The notes below the pieces were generated by a model. That model did not search any database and was not told where the DNA came from. It saw nothing but the letters and a program-made list of their open reading frames with translations. DNA of 63,520 nt, counting the filler, from Basidiobolus ranarum (taxonomy: Eukaryota): NCBI GenBank assembly GCA_040143965.1. It is 9 parts of 9 records of this genome, joined end to end, with 100 filler letters (N's around TTAATTAATTAA, not from the genome) between each part and the next. Parts side by side here need not be neighbours in the genome. Positions count along the whole stretch, not along the records: positions 56,559 to 63,520 come from JASJQH010008081.1; 8 more parts are not named here. One strand, 5' to 3'. A program made the position numbers and the translations under genes. How positions within the stretch are numbered: the first letter of the stretch is position 1; every line of letters starts with the position of its first letter. Positions 63,228 to 63,520 of the stretch are shown here, piece by piece.

Positions 63228-63520
<293 letters not shown>

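Overview
Not a contiguous locus. The window is nine unrelated ~7-kb contigs (6983, 6977, 6971, 6968, 6967, 6965, 6964, 6963, 6962 bp; size-sorted) joined by artificial 100-bp N..TTAATTAATTAA..N linkers, so neighbourhoods across linkers mean nothing. The DNA is eukaryotic and fungal (AT-rich, short GT-AG introns, yeast-type histone H3), probably an early-diverging fungus (Zoopagomycota/Mucoromycota; inference). Genes: beta-carbonic anhydrase, two tRNAs, bHLH factor, FAD monooxygenase, Argonaute (DEDD), AA11 LPMO with a CBM5/12-like domain, secreted Shewanella-like phosphatase, CDC123, a bacterial-looking beta-helix protein, RPL30, a Ser/Thr-rich surface protein, SRP9, a 7TM-RGS protein, S10 carboxypeptidase, SAM synthetase, EFL1/RIA1 and partial histone H3. 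Decayed material: Hsp70, SDR and thaumatin pseudogenes, several Copia elements and a CACTA-like transposase. The most intriguing unexplained stretch is ~4.8 kb of decayed, apparently intronless coding-like DNA (about 50900-55717, minus strand). Its motif order resembles a negative-strand RNA virus L polymerase, making it a candidate endogenous viral element; this is unverified.
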